From: Lingula anatina
Taxonomy: Eukaryota > Animalia > Brachiopoda
Assembly: GCA_051362555.1 (NCBI GenBank)
Contig: CM120642.1
Coordinates: forward strand, 14,074,001 to 14,138,000
Reading direction: 5' to 3'
Length of the DNA stretch: 64,000 nucleotides
Shown: piece after piece, positions 38,375 to 53,700 of the stretch
Position numbering within the stretch: position 1 is the stretch's first letter
How the letters are laid out: each line of letters opens with the position of its first letter
Made by a program: the position numbers and the translations under genes
Notes under the pieces: model-generated
Database searches by the model: none
What the model was told of the DNA's origin: nothing
The model's input: the letters and a program-made list of their open reading frames with translations, nothing else

Positions 38375-41300
38375 AGAATATGCCTAATCAAAAAATCTGT
38401 AGAGTTTGACTGAATCAATGACATAGATTGATATTCATTGTTTATTATGATCCACAACTCGCGGATTCATTCATTCATTCATAAAATTGATTCATTTTCC
38501 ATGCCTGCTTCATATTTGGCAAATTTGGAAGCAGCTGTACAGAAAAAAATCTGAACATTGGATTAAACTTTGAAATGCAGACAACTACGCTTGAGAAACT
38601 GAAGGAAATTTCACTAGGGTGAATCATCACTTTGGGGAACAACTTGTTGAAACAATCACATAAGGAAAGCCGAAAAACCTGGGGAAAATACTAGCAAGTG
38701 CTTTGCTTTAAAAGAGATTTTATCAGGTTAGTTAAGAGAGTTAAGTTAGTTGGGAGAAATGGTTTAGATTTTAAAAGCATCAGGCCGTTGCATTGTTTTA
38801 TAGCTTGTGAAGTTGCAGGTTCTCACAGCCTAGGCTGTAATTTGGACCAGAGGAAGGCCAACTGTGCTGGCTGGGACCTGATAAGTCCCACATGTTATAC
38901 CAGTGAGCCTGCTTCCTGTCCATTACCAGCTTCCCTCCTCATAAGTCATACATGGCCAGGGCACTTGATGACAGTGTTTGGGGGCCCAGCTGAGGGGATA
39001 CACATGGGGAAAGTGCTGTTATGCATGTTTAGGGCTTTGGGGATGACTATCAAAGCCATAGACCTGATAGATGGATGAGGGAGAAGGAAAGTGCATTAAC
39101 ATGTAGAGGAAGAATCTACCAAGGCTGTTTTCTCAGGTTTTCAGAAGGATGTTGGTGCTCCTTGTAAATTGCATAATCTGAGTCTCAGCACTAATATATT
39201 ACTTTGACCTGTGATTTAACACTTGTACCAAAAGGTAGATTTTTGTTCACAAACAGCTTAATGAGCAATGAATGGAAAACATAATTGTGGTTAGTTACAT
39301 AAAAGCCAAGCATGAGAAAGTTTTTAGCAGATAAGGCAGGGTTATGGTACACATAACCTGTGTAGATGCACTGTGGTGGTTTTCATTTCAGAGTGTACTC
39401 AGTGCTTTTGGAATATAATTCTGTATGTTATATCTGTCTATGATTGCTGTTACATTTAAATATATCCCTCATATTGAATTATGGACTTGGATTGTAATCA
39501 AAGTGCAGGATAGAGAGCTGGTAATACTCCTACTAAACACCCCACCAGCGTCCAAGGTGGCCTCTCTAATGCCTTGGTTTTATCAGAGCAAAAAGTATCT
39601 TGGTGTTTGTGTAGGCCAGTGTTAACAGTAGTAAATATATATAGGGGGTCAGAGGAAACTCAAGTGCGTACAAGACGAGATAGGCCGCCTCTTAACGTCA
39701 CTCCTCCACTGGGGTTGCTTGTTATATCAGGTGGCTTATCAGTGAGATGTATTTTAGGGCAAAAAATTGTACCTAAGTAGGGTTCAGATAGCCTGGGTTG
39801 AAAGCCAAGAGAGAGGATATCTTGTAATGCTGTATTGGTTGTATAGTGATGGGAGTTGGTTATGAATTGGGCCAGGAAAGAGGACTAAATAACATGGAAA
39901 CTACAGGATGTGAAAACTATATTTACCTTACTCTGGAGGGTTTGCTGTGTTGTTGTCATTGAGAGTTAAACTTAGGCTGAAGAAAGATCTGTTGAAATGT
40001 CATCTGTCTGTTAGACAGGATCAGATACATGTAAAATTTAAACATAAACTGGCTTTATTCAATGGTCACATTCTGCCGGGGAGACTTAATTTGACATATT
40101 ATTCAGATGTAATGATAAAAAAGAGCCACATAGTAAAAGATCAATACTTTAACCTAACATATGTGAAAGTAGTAATGAGTATTATGTAGAAGGGGATTTT
40201 AAGTTGTGTGACTGCACAGATGTGTATGTGTAAATTCACTCTGCCTGAGGGCTGAGACTTTCTCAACAGGAAGGGGAGAGGGCATGACATCGGGTTCCTA
40301 CCAGCCTCCAGATAATGCCTGTCACTTTATGACCTCATGCTGATCATAAAGGAACAAAATTGACATCATTATCATAATGACGGAGGCTTCTTCATACTGC
40401 TCATGGAAAGATCTTGGTTTACTGGTTTTTTTAGGGTTTTCTTTGCTGATTTTAGTTCAGTGTAATTTACCTTACTTTAATAGGTGGCTGGTTAATGCCA
40501 CTATTCACATTCCATGGGAATTGTAAAATAGATCTCTCCCATCTCAATAAATTTCATGTATACACTTCATTGATATTTTGAATTTACAGTGCAACTACCA
40601 AAAACTATATGTTGACATTATTTGAGGTAATTTCAGAGAGTTATTTCAGGTCTTGTGGTATATATGTAGTATGATGGAGTGTGAGCCATCAAGGTCACCA
40701 TCGAAGGTGACGTTAATGTTGTTGTCGTCAGGTGAGAGGATGTGGCAGTGCAAGGAGGGCGACAATGTCTCCACACCACGAAAACAAGTCAAGATCTAGC
40801 ACAAATCTAATAGCATAAGCTTTCATTGCAGTTATTTTACTTTCTGATTAACCTGGCCCAACTGTTGAGCATTATGGCATAGGCCAGTAATTGAACCCCG
40901 GTTACATAATGTTCCCTTTTCCTCTGTGCTTTACAGTGCCTTCAAATCATATTATCCTCAGCATGGGTTAGCCTGCATTGTTAGGTAGCGTTTACACACA
41001 ACCAACCTGGTCTGAGCAGTGCCAACCAAGTTGGTACATGGTTGGTCCGAGAGGCAAAAAATATGTAGATTGCATCATCTCATATTACACACGGTTAGTT
41101 AGGTCAAGATGCAGTAATGGTCAATAGTTATCTGCCTTGGAGTGGTCAAATCGCTGTTCAACATTCACGATGAGAGTAAATATGTGTGTGTAAACCCGTC
41201 TTACCCCTCCACAGGGATATTTAATGTATAAGTTCTAGGGAGAGATCTGCAGATCAAAAGCCAGGCCAAAGTGGCAGCAAGTTTGCTTAGGGAATCTAAT

Positions 41301-41624
41301 TTTAGCTTGGCCATACTGCTGTGTGGGATTTTTCACTCCAGTCCAAATGTATGTAAACTCAGTAGGAAACTGTGTTGATTTGAAATTACATTTGGAATTA
41401 GTGTTAGTTAGGAATATTTTTCCATGCTGCAGTTTTCTTTATAAGGCAGTTGGTGAAGCTGTGTGTATTGGGTTTTTTAAATTCAGCTGTATAAAATGAA
41501 ACTAAAGTAACTGCACTGCTGTATTAATTAATTAGTGCCTGGTTTAGGACAACACTCAGGAATGTTAAAAATTCTCATCACATGTAAACATTTTGAGAAT
41601 TCAGTGCTACGTAAATCGACAAGA

Positions 41625-41727
41625 GCCATTAAGATTAGTATGCGACCCCCCACCTGAGCCCTCATTAATAGGGCTACACAAGCCATTAGGATTAGTATGC
41701 ATCCCCCCACCTGAGCCCTCGTTAATA
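41625..41727. repeat. 57 bp-period tandem duplication
   Basis: gccatta.gattagtatgc..cccccacctgagccctc.ttaata occurs at 41625 and 41682. Confidence 0.88.
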
Positions 41728-44700
41728 TCAGGAAATGGGGTTCAAGTTAGAATGCCAACAGTCCATTCATAACTAAGCTAATGTAAAGCCATTTCTACAT
41801 CGCTGCCAGCCCAATCTCACTCAACAACATCCAGTCCTGGGATTGAAGACACAGATAGCTGTTCTATGTTTTTTTTTCTTTTTTCAGAAATAAAACCAAT
41901 AAGTCTTAATTGAAAATTTCACTAATTATTTTTTCATCAGTCTGGTGTATTTCTTGCTTTGAAAGTAAATTTCACAGGTTGCCTCAGTTGGTATTTTACC
42001 TATTTAAGTGACAAAAGTCTGCGTCTGTAAACTGTCCAGGTAAACAAGTTATTAAGTTATATTATTAAGACTCACAGTAGATTGGTGTAAGCAAACTTCA
42101 TTATGCCAGTCTCTGTGTAGTAGGCAGATGTGGAATGTCAACCTGACTGGATTACAGGACATCCACATACACCTGTGCTCCCACTAGAAGTACAAATGGC
42201 CCAACACATACTTGTACACACATACAGGCTGAATTTTTACCTAGTCTGAATAAGACCAGACATCATTTGATGCTGAAGTTGTAGTGTCCTGCTTATGCAC
42301 TCTAGTTGTGTGATGATGTCATAAAGACCATTTCCAGTTTAGGTTACAGTTAAGACAGTTGTGAGTATGGCTGAAAATTAATATGGAGGCTCCAGTAAGA
42401 AGGTGGACAGCTAAGATGGATGGCATGTTATTTGAGAAAGATATTTCGTTTAATAGCAGTTGCAGTGTATGGAACCTAATAATAAATTTTAATGTTTGGA
42501 AAGTAATAGTTGGCTCAATAGTAGGTGTCCAGGATATTATGTGTCCCTTTTAAAATGGAGGGGTAGGGGGTTTGTGATGAGTTTTGAGCCAGTGAGTGAT
42601 TACTGTACATTTGCTTGCTTTATTCACAGTAATATTTTGTTTACATTTTTATACTTTTTTACAAAAGAGGTTTATTTAAGGTATAACGTGATTAATAATA
42701 ATTTTATCTCTTTATTTATGATAGTATAGTTTATAAAGGAAATCTTGGTAACGAAAAACAAAAGTCACTGAACTCTAAGGCAGAGAAAATGTGAATTTCC
42801 AAGCGTCTAATGTTCTCAAAGTTTTGACATGAATTATTGCTAAGTGGAAATGAGAGGATTGATTTTATCTGGAGAAAATTCCACCAAAAGCCTCCACATG
42901 CATAGCGGAGGTCACAGGCAACCACTGGGTATGCATGAATAAATAACCGGCTGTCTAGATGGCCAGAATAGAATAATTTACGCAGATAAAGGACGATTGC
43001 TCAGTTGAAGACAACCTATAGGACATTAGGACGGTTAGACTGATTTAGTAGCAAGTGGCATGAAGAAGAAGGGGTTCCAAATAATCCGTTCTTGTTCAAC
43101 TTGAAACTTTTTTCTTGAACAGTAATTTTTTTTAAGTGAAAAGAAACAAGCTGTGTGGATGTAAATCAAATTAACTTGGCCCTGTAATGTTTATCGACAA
43201 CTTTTTTTCGTGAGTTTCCTACAAAGTATGGGAAGTAGGTGCCTCTAGTTGAGTTGAAATATTTTATTGTTCACATGTTTGATAAGAAAAAGGAAGCTGA
43301 AGTCGGATGTTGCTTTACTGACATATTTCAACTTTAGAAATTTTGCTCTGCAGCTAAGGAAATCTCTATTAGGCCAAGTGTTGACTGTGGTTGTGTGGGA
43401 GTGAATAGCAGTGGATTTCCTCTAGCATGTTCTCAAGCCGCTGGCTTTTCAATTACGGCAAATATTTCATATCTGCTGAGCAATATTCGTTGGAATTAGT
43501 CCCAAACACAACTAAATCCATCACAGAAATTTCAGGGCAAATACTACATTATTTTGGCAACCATCATACTTCAGTTGACTCCACAGCTGTGGCTGTATTT
43601 TTAACTAGTCCTCTTCAGCAGTTGGGAGGAAACAGGAGGGCAGAATGTTTGGGCGGTTGTAGGAACAAGTGGTGGTGCAAATCTTTTTTATTGGAAGTAA
43701 CCAGCCTGTAAATAATGTAGATATTTTGAAAGTACCACACCTCAAAGGGATTTCACTGTTGAGAGGAGATTTCACACATTATGTTTGGGTGGATAACGTT
43801 TGAATAACGCACCTTGATAAAAGATGGCCATCTGTCCATCTAACAGGCCATGTGTTTGGGCAATATCTCCTCCTGTTACTAATTGTTATAATGTCACATC
43901 CTGAGTTTATCCCCTAATTCATTATATGTGCAATGATATTAGCGGTAACATACCCACGTAATGAATCAAAGGCAGAGAAATTTATCAAATCGTGGTCACA
44001 TTTTGACATTCTTCAACTTATTTTTTGCTGTCAGTTTTTAAAGATGAACATTTAAATACTGTAGGATAAATATGTAGTCCTAATTGTTTGAAGGTTACAA
44101 AAGCAGTTTATGATAAAAAGATATAAAATGCATAATGATATTTCTAAAATGTTTGTCCAACTGTTGAATTGGTCGAAGCCAAGTCCTTCTCATAACCTTA
44201 ATATCCCTGCAAAAGTGGTCAATGTTTAGGTAACAACAGACTCAAATGTCAGTGGTTGGCCTTTAATTTAAATAAGAGGGTAGGGCAAATAGTTGAAGTG
44301 GAAATTAGGGATTCACTGAACTGGCTTCCAGATAAGATGCCATTCATTAAGAGACCCTCTGATTTGAACCATCTGTAATGACTAAAGATCGGTCAAAAGT
44401 TATATTGGTTATGTTTTGGTATTTAGTATCCCCGAACCATAAGGATATAGTGTTTAATGTAATCTTACAGTAGTTGTTTTGACCTGTACAGGTATTATTG
44501 AATGCTTTTTCACCATATCAATGTAAACTGCTTGATGATAAGTGGATATTCACAGATTTTCCTCAAGGCTTTGACATATCCTGGCTTCATGTGTCCAGAT
44601 ACAAAGGCAACAGGGCTGCTTGGAGACCCCCAAGAGAGAATGGAGTCAATACTACAGGCCACAGTGAAAGAAACCAATGTAAAACCACAGTTTTGATCAT

Positions 44701-47700
44701 GAATATGTAACCCAGCTAGTGTTAATAACAAGTTCCAGTCCAAGAATGAAGTGTGATTGTTTGATTGGTTGATAATTGAGGTGTTGCATGGCTATCATGA
44801 CTTAACTGTCTGGCAATTTTTCAAAAACCACAAGTATTGGCTAGTGGACTTCCTTGCTGGGTTTGATTAGTCTTCAACATGGAGAGAAATCCTAGGCCAT
44901 CTGATGAATCAATAGGAAGCCAGTTTGTGTAACCAAAAGAATCTTGAACACACCAGTGCCTAACCAGAGGTATTCTTAACCAAGCATTAACCTAAAGCTT
45001 AATTGGATTGCACCTCATTTTTGAACTGGTCGTTGTCTCGGCCCCAGCATCCATTGTTTTAATAACCTAATCTCCCTAATTTCCACCACATTTTCACCTC
45101 AGTCCAACTTCCTTTTTAGAAGGCTTGAAGGCCCAAGGTAAAGACTACCCTTAGGGGGGACCCAGGTGTGTTAATTCCAGCTAATTAGAGTACCCGGTGC
45201 CCACCTTACACACAAAGCATGCTCAATCCCCATTTCCTCTCCCCATTGTCATACGTTTCATTTTGTCTGCTTCATTACACAGACATTGTACTAGATGGAT
45301 TGAGTCTGTGGGGCATTCTGTAATATTTCTGATATACTTATAATAGTCATGATGTGGATGAGAGGGCAGGGTGGTTAAGGGAATATTGCAGTTTTAGATT
45401 GAGAGGTTTCTTGTGTAATTTTGTTACGAAAGAATTCTTTGGTTTTGAAAGAGAAGAGATACCAGGTGGATACAAAGCATGATGTCCAACAAGATAATTG
45501 CAATAGCCAACAGGGGTAATGTGCAAGACAAAATTAAATGTCCAAATGGGAAAAACTCATTTATTTAAAGATTAAAAGGTCTACTAGAATGCTCTTGTAT
45601 GTTTCTTGGTGTATACAAATAAAAGATCACGACAGAAGGAAAAAAATACGAGTTGTATACCTCCACGAGATGATAAGAAAGTGGCATTGTGTGACAAATG
45701 TATGAATTGCATGTGAATCTTTGGAAAGAATTTCTTTTAGAAAAGTTCATGAAGTAGCACCTTAAACATAATCTTGGAACTTGGTGGAGGTTTAGCATTC
45801 TCAGGTTAAATGCGCTGGGCCCTCACCCAGGGCAGTGTGCTAGGCTGGAAATGGGGAACATTTTTTTCAGCTTAAAATGATTTAAGGAACAAGAACGTCA
45901 AATTCTATGCAGCTGCATGCAGTAATAATACTAAATGGTAAATGATAATAGTGATGTTTTATTGCCTCAGTTGGAGAGTAAGTGGAGTAAGGTGGCACTT
46001 TTCACAAAATTCTCATGTCACTTAAGAACTTTTTTTGTGACCCAAGGAACTTTTTGTGACCTTTGCTTTTTCCCATGAAATAATTTAAATGGTAAAATAA
46101 ATCTTGCAAGGGAAAAGGAAAAAAAAACAGAAAAAGGAAAATAATCCTGCTTTGAGCAAGGAGGTTTGTGAGTGTGAGCCCAAAGCATCCATCTGTATAA
46201 TCCATATGCAAAGGTGCAGCATTATTTTATGAACACACAGGAAGTACTCATAATGGTCTGAATGGAAATTCCTTAATCGCTTAAACAATGCGTGGCTTGT
46301 TTGAAAAAATGGTCACTCCATATTCCAAGATTTGTCAGTTAAGGTGGGCAATCCTTTTTGTAATCTGAATTAGAAAAAAATAAAAGGCTTAAGTTAGTTA
46401 TATTAAAATGTTTATCAGTGAAAAAAATACACTATCCTGGTGGCTGGAATTAATATTGCTAAGAGCCTTCTGCATAGTATATCAAGCCTCTCATGTGATC
46501 TAAGGCTGCAAAGCAATTTGAACTACATGGATGGGTCGTCTGCAGTATGCAGTACAAATTTCAGGCATCTTGCCTCTGTACACCTACACATGTTCTGTTG
46601 TTGCTGTGGAAGGGCTTAGGTGCTGTAGTGATTTACCTGATGCAATAACTGTTTTGACAATTTGCATTTGAAAAGACTTAGCATAGCCAGCCAAATGTTT
46701 TTGATGGAATTTTTCTAAAAAATATAAGGAGAAAAATCACATAATGCATTCTTGACATGGACTGACGACTCACCATTCAGAACCAATTTATATTATACAA
46801 TATTTTTTCAACGCAAAGCTTGATTTACAACAGAGGTAAATTTGCTTTTCTTGTAGAAAACTCGGAATATTTTGTATCCCTTTAGTAAGTTTTCACATTT
46901 TCCCCAACATTTTCCAATAACATTGACTACTGCAGGTTACCATGGTAGTCATCATAGCATAACATCGCTCTCAGGATATGCTTCTAGGTTCTGTATAAAT
47001 TACAGATAAAGAAGACTGAAATAATTCAACTGTAGGTCTGTAGCATCTTTGGCCAGTTGGTCAAACTGTAAAATTTATTCACTGTGAAAAGTACCTTGTG
47101 GATATTGTGGATTTTTGCACCTCGGTCTCTGGCCCTAACGCAACTTCACTGATTATGTAGCTTATCTGTCTCCACAGGAAGTTGTTAGCATGTCTAGCTG
47201 GCTGCATCTAGTCATTAGGTGTGCTTGGCAGCACACATTCATAAAAAGAGATCTAACTGTTCTAGAGAGAGATTATGCTGGTACATAAAATTGGAAGTCG
47301 TAAAAATATGATGGATAAATGCTTGTGAAACAATGGCGGTTTAACTTCCTATCAGTTTTTATTTCATGTTCTAAAATTTAAACCTCGAACAGTTCATCAA
47401 GTTGATATGGATAAATAAGTCACAGTTATGTCTGTTTTTTCAAGAATTTTAATTTTTCAAGATATTTCAAGCCTAGCATTTCAGTTCTGAGATAGGAAGA
47501 GAAGAGAGGCAAAGGTTTCACCTGTCTCCTAAGCTCCACCAGTTAAAGATGGGTCTATATGGCAGCAGAGGAAGGAGTGATGAACAAGATCAGATAAAAC
47601 AAGACAACTGGATGAATTATGGCAGGGATAAATTTAGATATGGTACAGTTATCAATGTCCACATCTGAGTGCAGCTAATGCAAGTTTATTTTCAACCTCT

Positions 47701-50700
47701 CCCAAGTTGGGTTTAAAAAAAATAACTTAAAAGAAAAATAAGAAAATTCAAGTGAAATTGAGGGTTCACTAGTGACATCATTTTGTGGACATAACCTGGG
47801 ACAGTGTAATCTTAAAAGCCACATTAAACTTAATTTAGAGACCTATTTACTATCCATTTTGTGTCATCTCTGCTTATACAGTAATTGGTGGTGTTCTGAA
47901 ATAATGAATTAATTTAAGAGCCTGAACAGTAACTGGTTGTGTATATATAAGGTGTATGAGTTAAAAGCCAACCTTTTCTAACCTGTCACCCGTTTTTGCA
48001 CAGAAACTTGATCTGCAAAGAGTAGTGATAAAAAAGAAGGGAAAATGTAGACATGAGAGCCACGGAGCAGAGGTGTATATGGTCTGTGGGAAATGCAAAT
48101 CACTCTGCTAGTGGTGAGACCTAAAGAAAGGCTACTCACTCAGTCATTATAATGCCTTTGTTAACCCAGTTGCCCAAGCTCTGTTGTGGGTGTTTGTATT
48201 GATGCACATAAAAACCATTGAGGGACAAGTAATTATTAATGTTATACACCATATTGATTCTTCAGCGCCTGGTTTGGCTGGCATGAATCAGCCGATTGGA
48301 AGGAATAATGTCTGTGACCGAATGCTATGGAAGTGTTGTATAAGCAGGAAATAGTGTGGGAAGAAAGATGAAGTGACGGAAAAAGGAAACAAGAAATATT
48401 GAAAATAGAAATGTTGCGGTTTTTGTATGATTTCTGTATCCTGTTAGTGTAGAGTTTCCAGCTTCTTGAGGATAGGAAGTGGTGGCTATTAAGCACTTAC
48501 TTGTGGGTTCTGCACAGTTTCCATCATCTGTAAAAGTAGACATATTTTTTTTTCTTGAATGATGTTTGATGCATGTTGTTTCAATTCTCATAAAGATGAA
48601 TGGTGGCCACTTCCTCACATACTCACCAGTACTTCCATTTTGTACCACCTGATGCTGGCAGTTGGCATATATGGCGTGACTCTTTTCTTGGAAAAAAAGT
48701 AGGAATTTACAGTTGCCATAACATGCAGCTCAGCTTAGTACTGAAATAAATGGTCTGCATCATTCTTGCCCAGTGTGTCTCTCCCCTTTGATGCAGAGAT
48801 GCTGGCTATGCATGGCATTTGGCAAAGGTAGAAAGGACGAGTTTGTATATTTTGATTGAGGTTCCGTATAAATAATTAGTACTGTCTATTTCGGTGAACT
48901 ACCCTCAGGTACTCAGCTATGAGTGTTTGTTCATAAGGTGGTAATGCTTGTCAGTCTGGTGTAATGTTATCTATCTAGAAAAAAAAAATGGTGTTGAGAG
49001 AGATATCACAAACATATTTTTTTATCTCGGAAGAAGGAAGCAAATGTAGTATAGCTAGGATCTTTTCAAAAGTGAAACAGAAAATATGATAAAGAATTAG
49101 GATGTAGGAGGAAGACATCACTTAAACATCAGGCGCACTGCGATGTTTTAAATTGCCGTCAAGATGGCTAGGAGAGTTACGAAGATTGTGCCCTCTGACA
49201 TGACCCCTAGTTCCGACATATGTGTCTGCACACTCTGAGACCCCTACATTATCATCCTTGACTGGGTTTGTTATTATTTCAGCTAGATTGACATTTTGGC
49301 TCCACCCCACCAATGGGTTGATAGTGATCAGTTCTGACAGCCAGTCAAGACATGGCACTGGATATTACTGATGAGATAGCAGTCTGTATTAATGCAGTGG
49401 ATACTGGGTGAGGGGAACATCCAATCCCTTCACAAGGAAATGTTGTCTGGGGAGAAAATTGTGGTATTAATGAAAAAGTAGTCTTAGAATGACTTCAAAC
49501 TGCTTTTAATGAAAAAATGTCTGAAACAAGAATCATGTTGATTGTGATATTTGCATATTGAAATGTCTTATGAAGGTGTAAGTTAAGATGGGAGGGGGGG
49601 GGCTGAAGTGGCATAATTGGCCCTATCATATCTCTAGGGAGAGAGATGTCCTTGCTGGGGTGGAGTGATTGATGAGGGGATGTAGATATGAAATTAGGGT
49701 CTTCATACCCCCTTCCTGTCTTTTGTCATATTAACCTCCTTAATTACCAACCTAATTTGACAGAATTCCAAGAAGTCCCGACAATTATGGGTATTCACAT
49801 GTAATTAAAGGTAATCATAGTAGTAGTAAAACCTGTTGGATGGTGAGCTTCTTCATCTGCTATGTTTTATAGTAGTCTTTTAAAAGTCAGTTCATCACCA
49901 GCCATGCAGAACACTAACGTAGCAAATAATAACTGGACGCAGGCCTTTAATTTGTTGTGAACAGCCATTAAACACTTTTTGTGTGCATTCGTTTAGCTAT
50001 GCATCACGTCTGCCCACGATGGCATACAAACACTGTGATATGCATACCAAGAGGCCATGGTTAAATAGTATGGATTTTCTCTTGCTACCAACCATTCATC
50101 TGGTAGTTTTCATAACAGGAAGGTCTCATGCATATACATACATGTACAGTTCTAGTAATTACTTAAAGTTTCAAGTATGTTTTTTCCCAAAAAATATTTT
50201 AGTATGTTCTTTTTTCACATAAAATTTCAGTAACACAAATATTTTCCTGAAGGGAAATGTAACTGAACTTCCTTCTTAATAATTTGGAAACCTCTTTTTT
50301 TATACATTGCCACCAGAATACTGGTTAGAAGTACCATTCATCAATTTCTTTCAAAGATAATAATTACCAGTAACCACGTGTGTATCCAGGCCATTCATTC
50401 ATTAATAAGTTGTAAATCTGACACTGTGGATAATTGAGGTTTCAGTGACAGGGATACTCTGTAGGGACCAGGCAACTTGAAGAGCCTCTTATTGTGATTG
50501 GAATACGTGTTATGAAACAGATTTTGGTTTCTAAGAACCCTGATGTTATTAGTGGTTACTACAGCATGTGTAGTGTGTTTGAGTGGAACATATGACATTA
50601 TGAAGCAGATTTGGGTTTCCAAGCACTGGTTTGTAATAAGTGCTGGATATTGTACTTAGAATGCAGAGTTGAAATCAGCTTGGAAAAATTAGAAAATTCA

Positions 50701-53700
50701 CGGAGAAGTTTATTGTTTTATGGGCCTAAACTGACATTTTAGAATTAAAACGACAGGTGTCGAAAATTAAAAGTTTCTTATGGTGCAAAATCAAGATAGT
50801 TGGGTGAAAAACTTATCTTCTGAATAAGGAATCAACCAGTTCAGGCTAGCTGACTTTGCTTTGAAATTCCTTTTTAATTTGATTTAGAATCCTTGTCATC
50901 TTATTCAGCATTCAGATCATGTCTTCAGTTACTGTGTCCAATAGCAAGGGTTATTGGAGGGGTTGTGTGAAAGAACTCCACCTCAGATAAGGGAAAACTG
51001 AGCCCTTTCTTCCCTGTAGTATTTGATCAGTGTTTGCATGGGCACCTGTGAATCAACACTGAGGCAGGGGCATGGGGATAGGGTTGTCTTCTTCTTAAAT
51101 ACTCTAGTTCCTGGCTTGTTGGGGTAGTGTCTATTCCATGGGGCAAGGATGGCAGGAGGAAAAACACAGTGGTTGTCTCCTGAAGAAAAGGAGAATAATA
51201 CGCTTGGATAATTTTTCATCCTGTGAATGGGGCATTCTTTGGCATGTTTCTGTCTCTTGTTACCTATGCATGAACAGGTGAGGGGTAAAAATGCCATGAG
51301 ATTGTGGAACTTATGAATTTGGCTCACCTGTTGTGTGAAAGCTTAAATTTTCCTTTTCTCTTTGCCAAGATTCCACTTACCGAATGTTTGATTTGTGTAA
51401 CTGTCAGCCAGCGCTCTGCATTGGAAGATTTGTATATTATGATTATTATTATAAAGGAGAGCGGAGGAGTGGGGTAATTTTATCCATTATTCAATATGGT
51501 GTAGTGTTTTACTGGGTCAGCAGTCCATTCAATCGACTTCCATTCACAGTCATACAGACTTGACATGTTTTGGAAAGAAATGTCACCCCTCATGTCATAA
51601 CTTTCACGTTTCATTTTCATTCAGCTTTATAGGGCTATCCAAGCAGAAAGGCCATTATGTCTACTGCAGCAGTGAGGGGAACTTTCAATCCCCATTGCTG
51701 TGCAGTGTGCATGTCTGACCAAGAAGAATAGCAGCTGAGGAGAGGCATTGGATGCACAATTAAATTAGTGACTGGAAAGTTAGGAAGGCACATAACAAGT
51801 AGCACTTTAGGGGGCAATATGTCACACTAGTATGGGAAACTGTAGACCCATTTTTCACTTCCCTGAGAATATTTCCCAAGTATGGCTTGTACTATTTCAT
51901 TCACTTCATGAATCAGATTTAATTGTAAACAGCTATGTTTCAATGTAAGAACCATGTGTTATGCTTTTTCCACCTGATAAATATATTTTTCATACAGAAA
52001 TTGTTTTTAGAACTAGGAAGTCTAATTCAAATTACTGGTAGGATTTTGGTTAGGGTGGGGATAAGGAAGAAGGAGGGGGAAGCAAGGTAGAAAATGAAAA
52101 CAGTTGGTCAGATCTCAAAAGAAAGCAAAGCACAGCAAAATAACCATTTAAAACCTCATCCATTATCATAATGACAAGGATGATGAAAATAATATGGGAG
52201 GTTTCACCCATTGAAAACTGGGGTAGTGATGGATGTGACGCACCCGAGGTTAACTGACTTTACAGATTACAGTGTAGTTGTCTGCTCACTCGGTTTACAG
52301 CAAATTAGGAATCAAGTTTATTTGGATATGGTTCCTTTAATTGCAGAAAAATATTTTTCTTAACAGAATTGACAGCTGGTTGAAAAAGCCCATCAAATAA
52401 GTAATTTGATGCTTGTCAGTTTTGTTGAGACCGTTGGATCAGCATTGAGTGAAATTGAGCCTCTTCGTGGCAGGCTTGATCTAAGTGGCAGTGTTGTCCA
52501 ACATGCGGCAGTAGAGGCTCAAAAGTATCTCAAGGACATGAACACAACTGGAGAGAGAAAGGAAGAGGGATTGAGTGGCTATGGCCCTATAAACGTGACC
52601 TGACAGTTAATTTTGCCAAAGGGGTAGACCGTTGTTGGCTGCTTCACTAAAGATTGAGGTGATTCTTCCTCACAGCACATGGCCTTTCTCTCTACCCCTG
52701 ACCCCTGTTGAAATCTACTCCACCGAATTGTTTATTCAAGACTAATGTGAACATATAACACGTAAAAGGCTCATTCAGTGCTTTACAAACTTAATAGTTT
52801 TTATTTTTCCACACTCTGAATATCACCAACACCGTCTTAGTCTTGAAGGTATTTGGGTTTATTGTACAGTGAAAGCATCCCCTCCTCCCAAATAATTGTT
52901 TAAGAAATCGAACAATCACTCCAATTTGGATTATTTTGTTAAAACAACAGTTAGTTTTTCACAGGTCAACACCTTCATTTAATTGAAACTTGTGTCTGTG
53001 TATTAACTAAACCATGACAGGATCTAGTAGCAGAGTGGAGTGTGTAAGGCACGTTTTCGATACCGAGGAATTATCCATGCGAAAATGCCCCGTGGTCCTT
53101 ATCCATGGTTGTTTTCCCCCCACCTTGCGGTTTGGGCATGTTAAACTAACATAAGTACAGTTGTTGACTCAGTGAATCATAGTGACTGCTTGTCAATCAC
53201 GGTGTGCCCTAGATCCTACCCCTTAATCGTGTTGATCCCCGAGCTTAATAACTGCGCTTGGCTTGTACGTAACTAGAGATATGCTGAAGTGCTCACACGT
53301 GGGGCAAAGAAATGATTAAACATGGTGCTGAGAGCATAGAACCTCCTCGCATCAGGAACTACTCAGGAGAGATGGGGTTTTCAGGTCGCAAGTTGACTTT
53401 AATGTTCAGTTTTGAATCCTTTCTCATTCTGGAAGTTTACCAACTCTCCAATCTTCCAGTAAATCAAAGTTCAGTGTGATTTTTGATCTCATAATTGGCA
53501 GTCACACTCAATAAACTACAAGCTTGCAGCTGGAAAGTTGGAACACAACACGTTTGGCGGCACATCAAGTTGAAGTTAAATGGCAACATGATAACAGATA
53601 TATTAATTTTGCTTGGTTAACGTGTGACATACTTTCTAAATGGACTCTGAAAGTGTAATGAATTTAATTATGAATCCTTTTTATTCAAAACTGAGCTCTT

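Noticed and set aside
53236-53246. ccccgagctta match to the 9.4 kb repeat (also ctcggggact near 59158)
   Set aside because: Only 10-12 bp of identity, with no extension.
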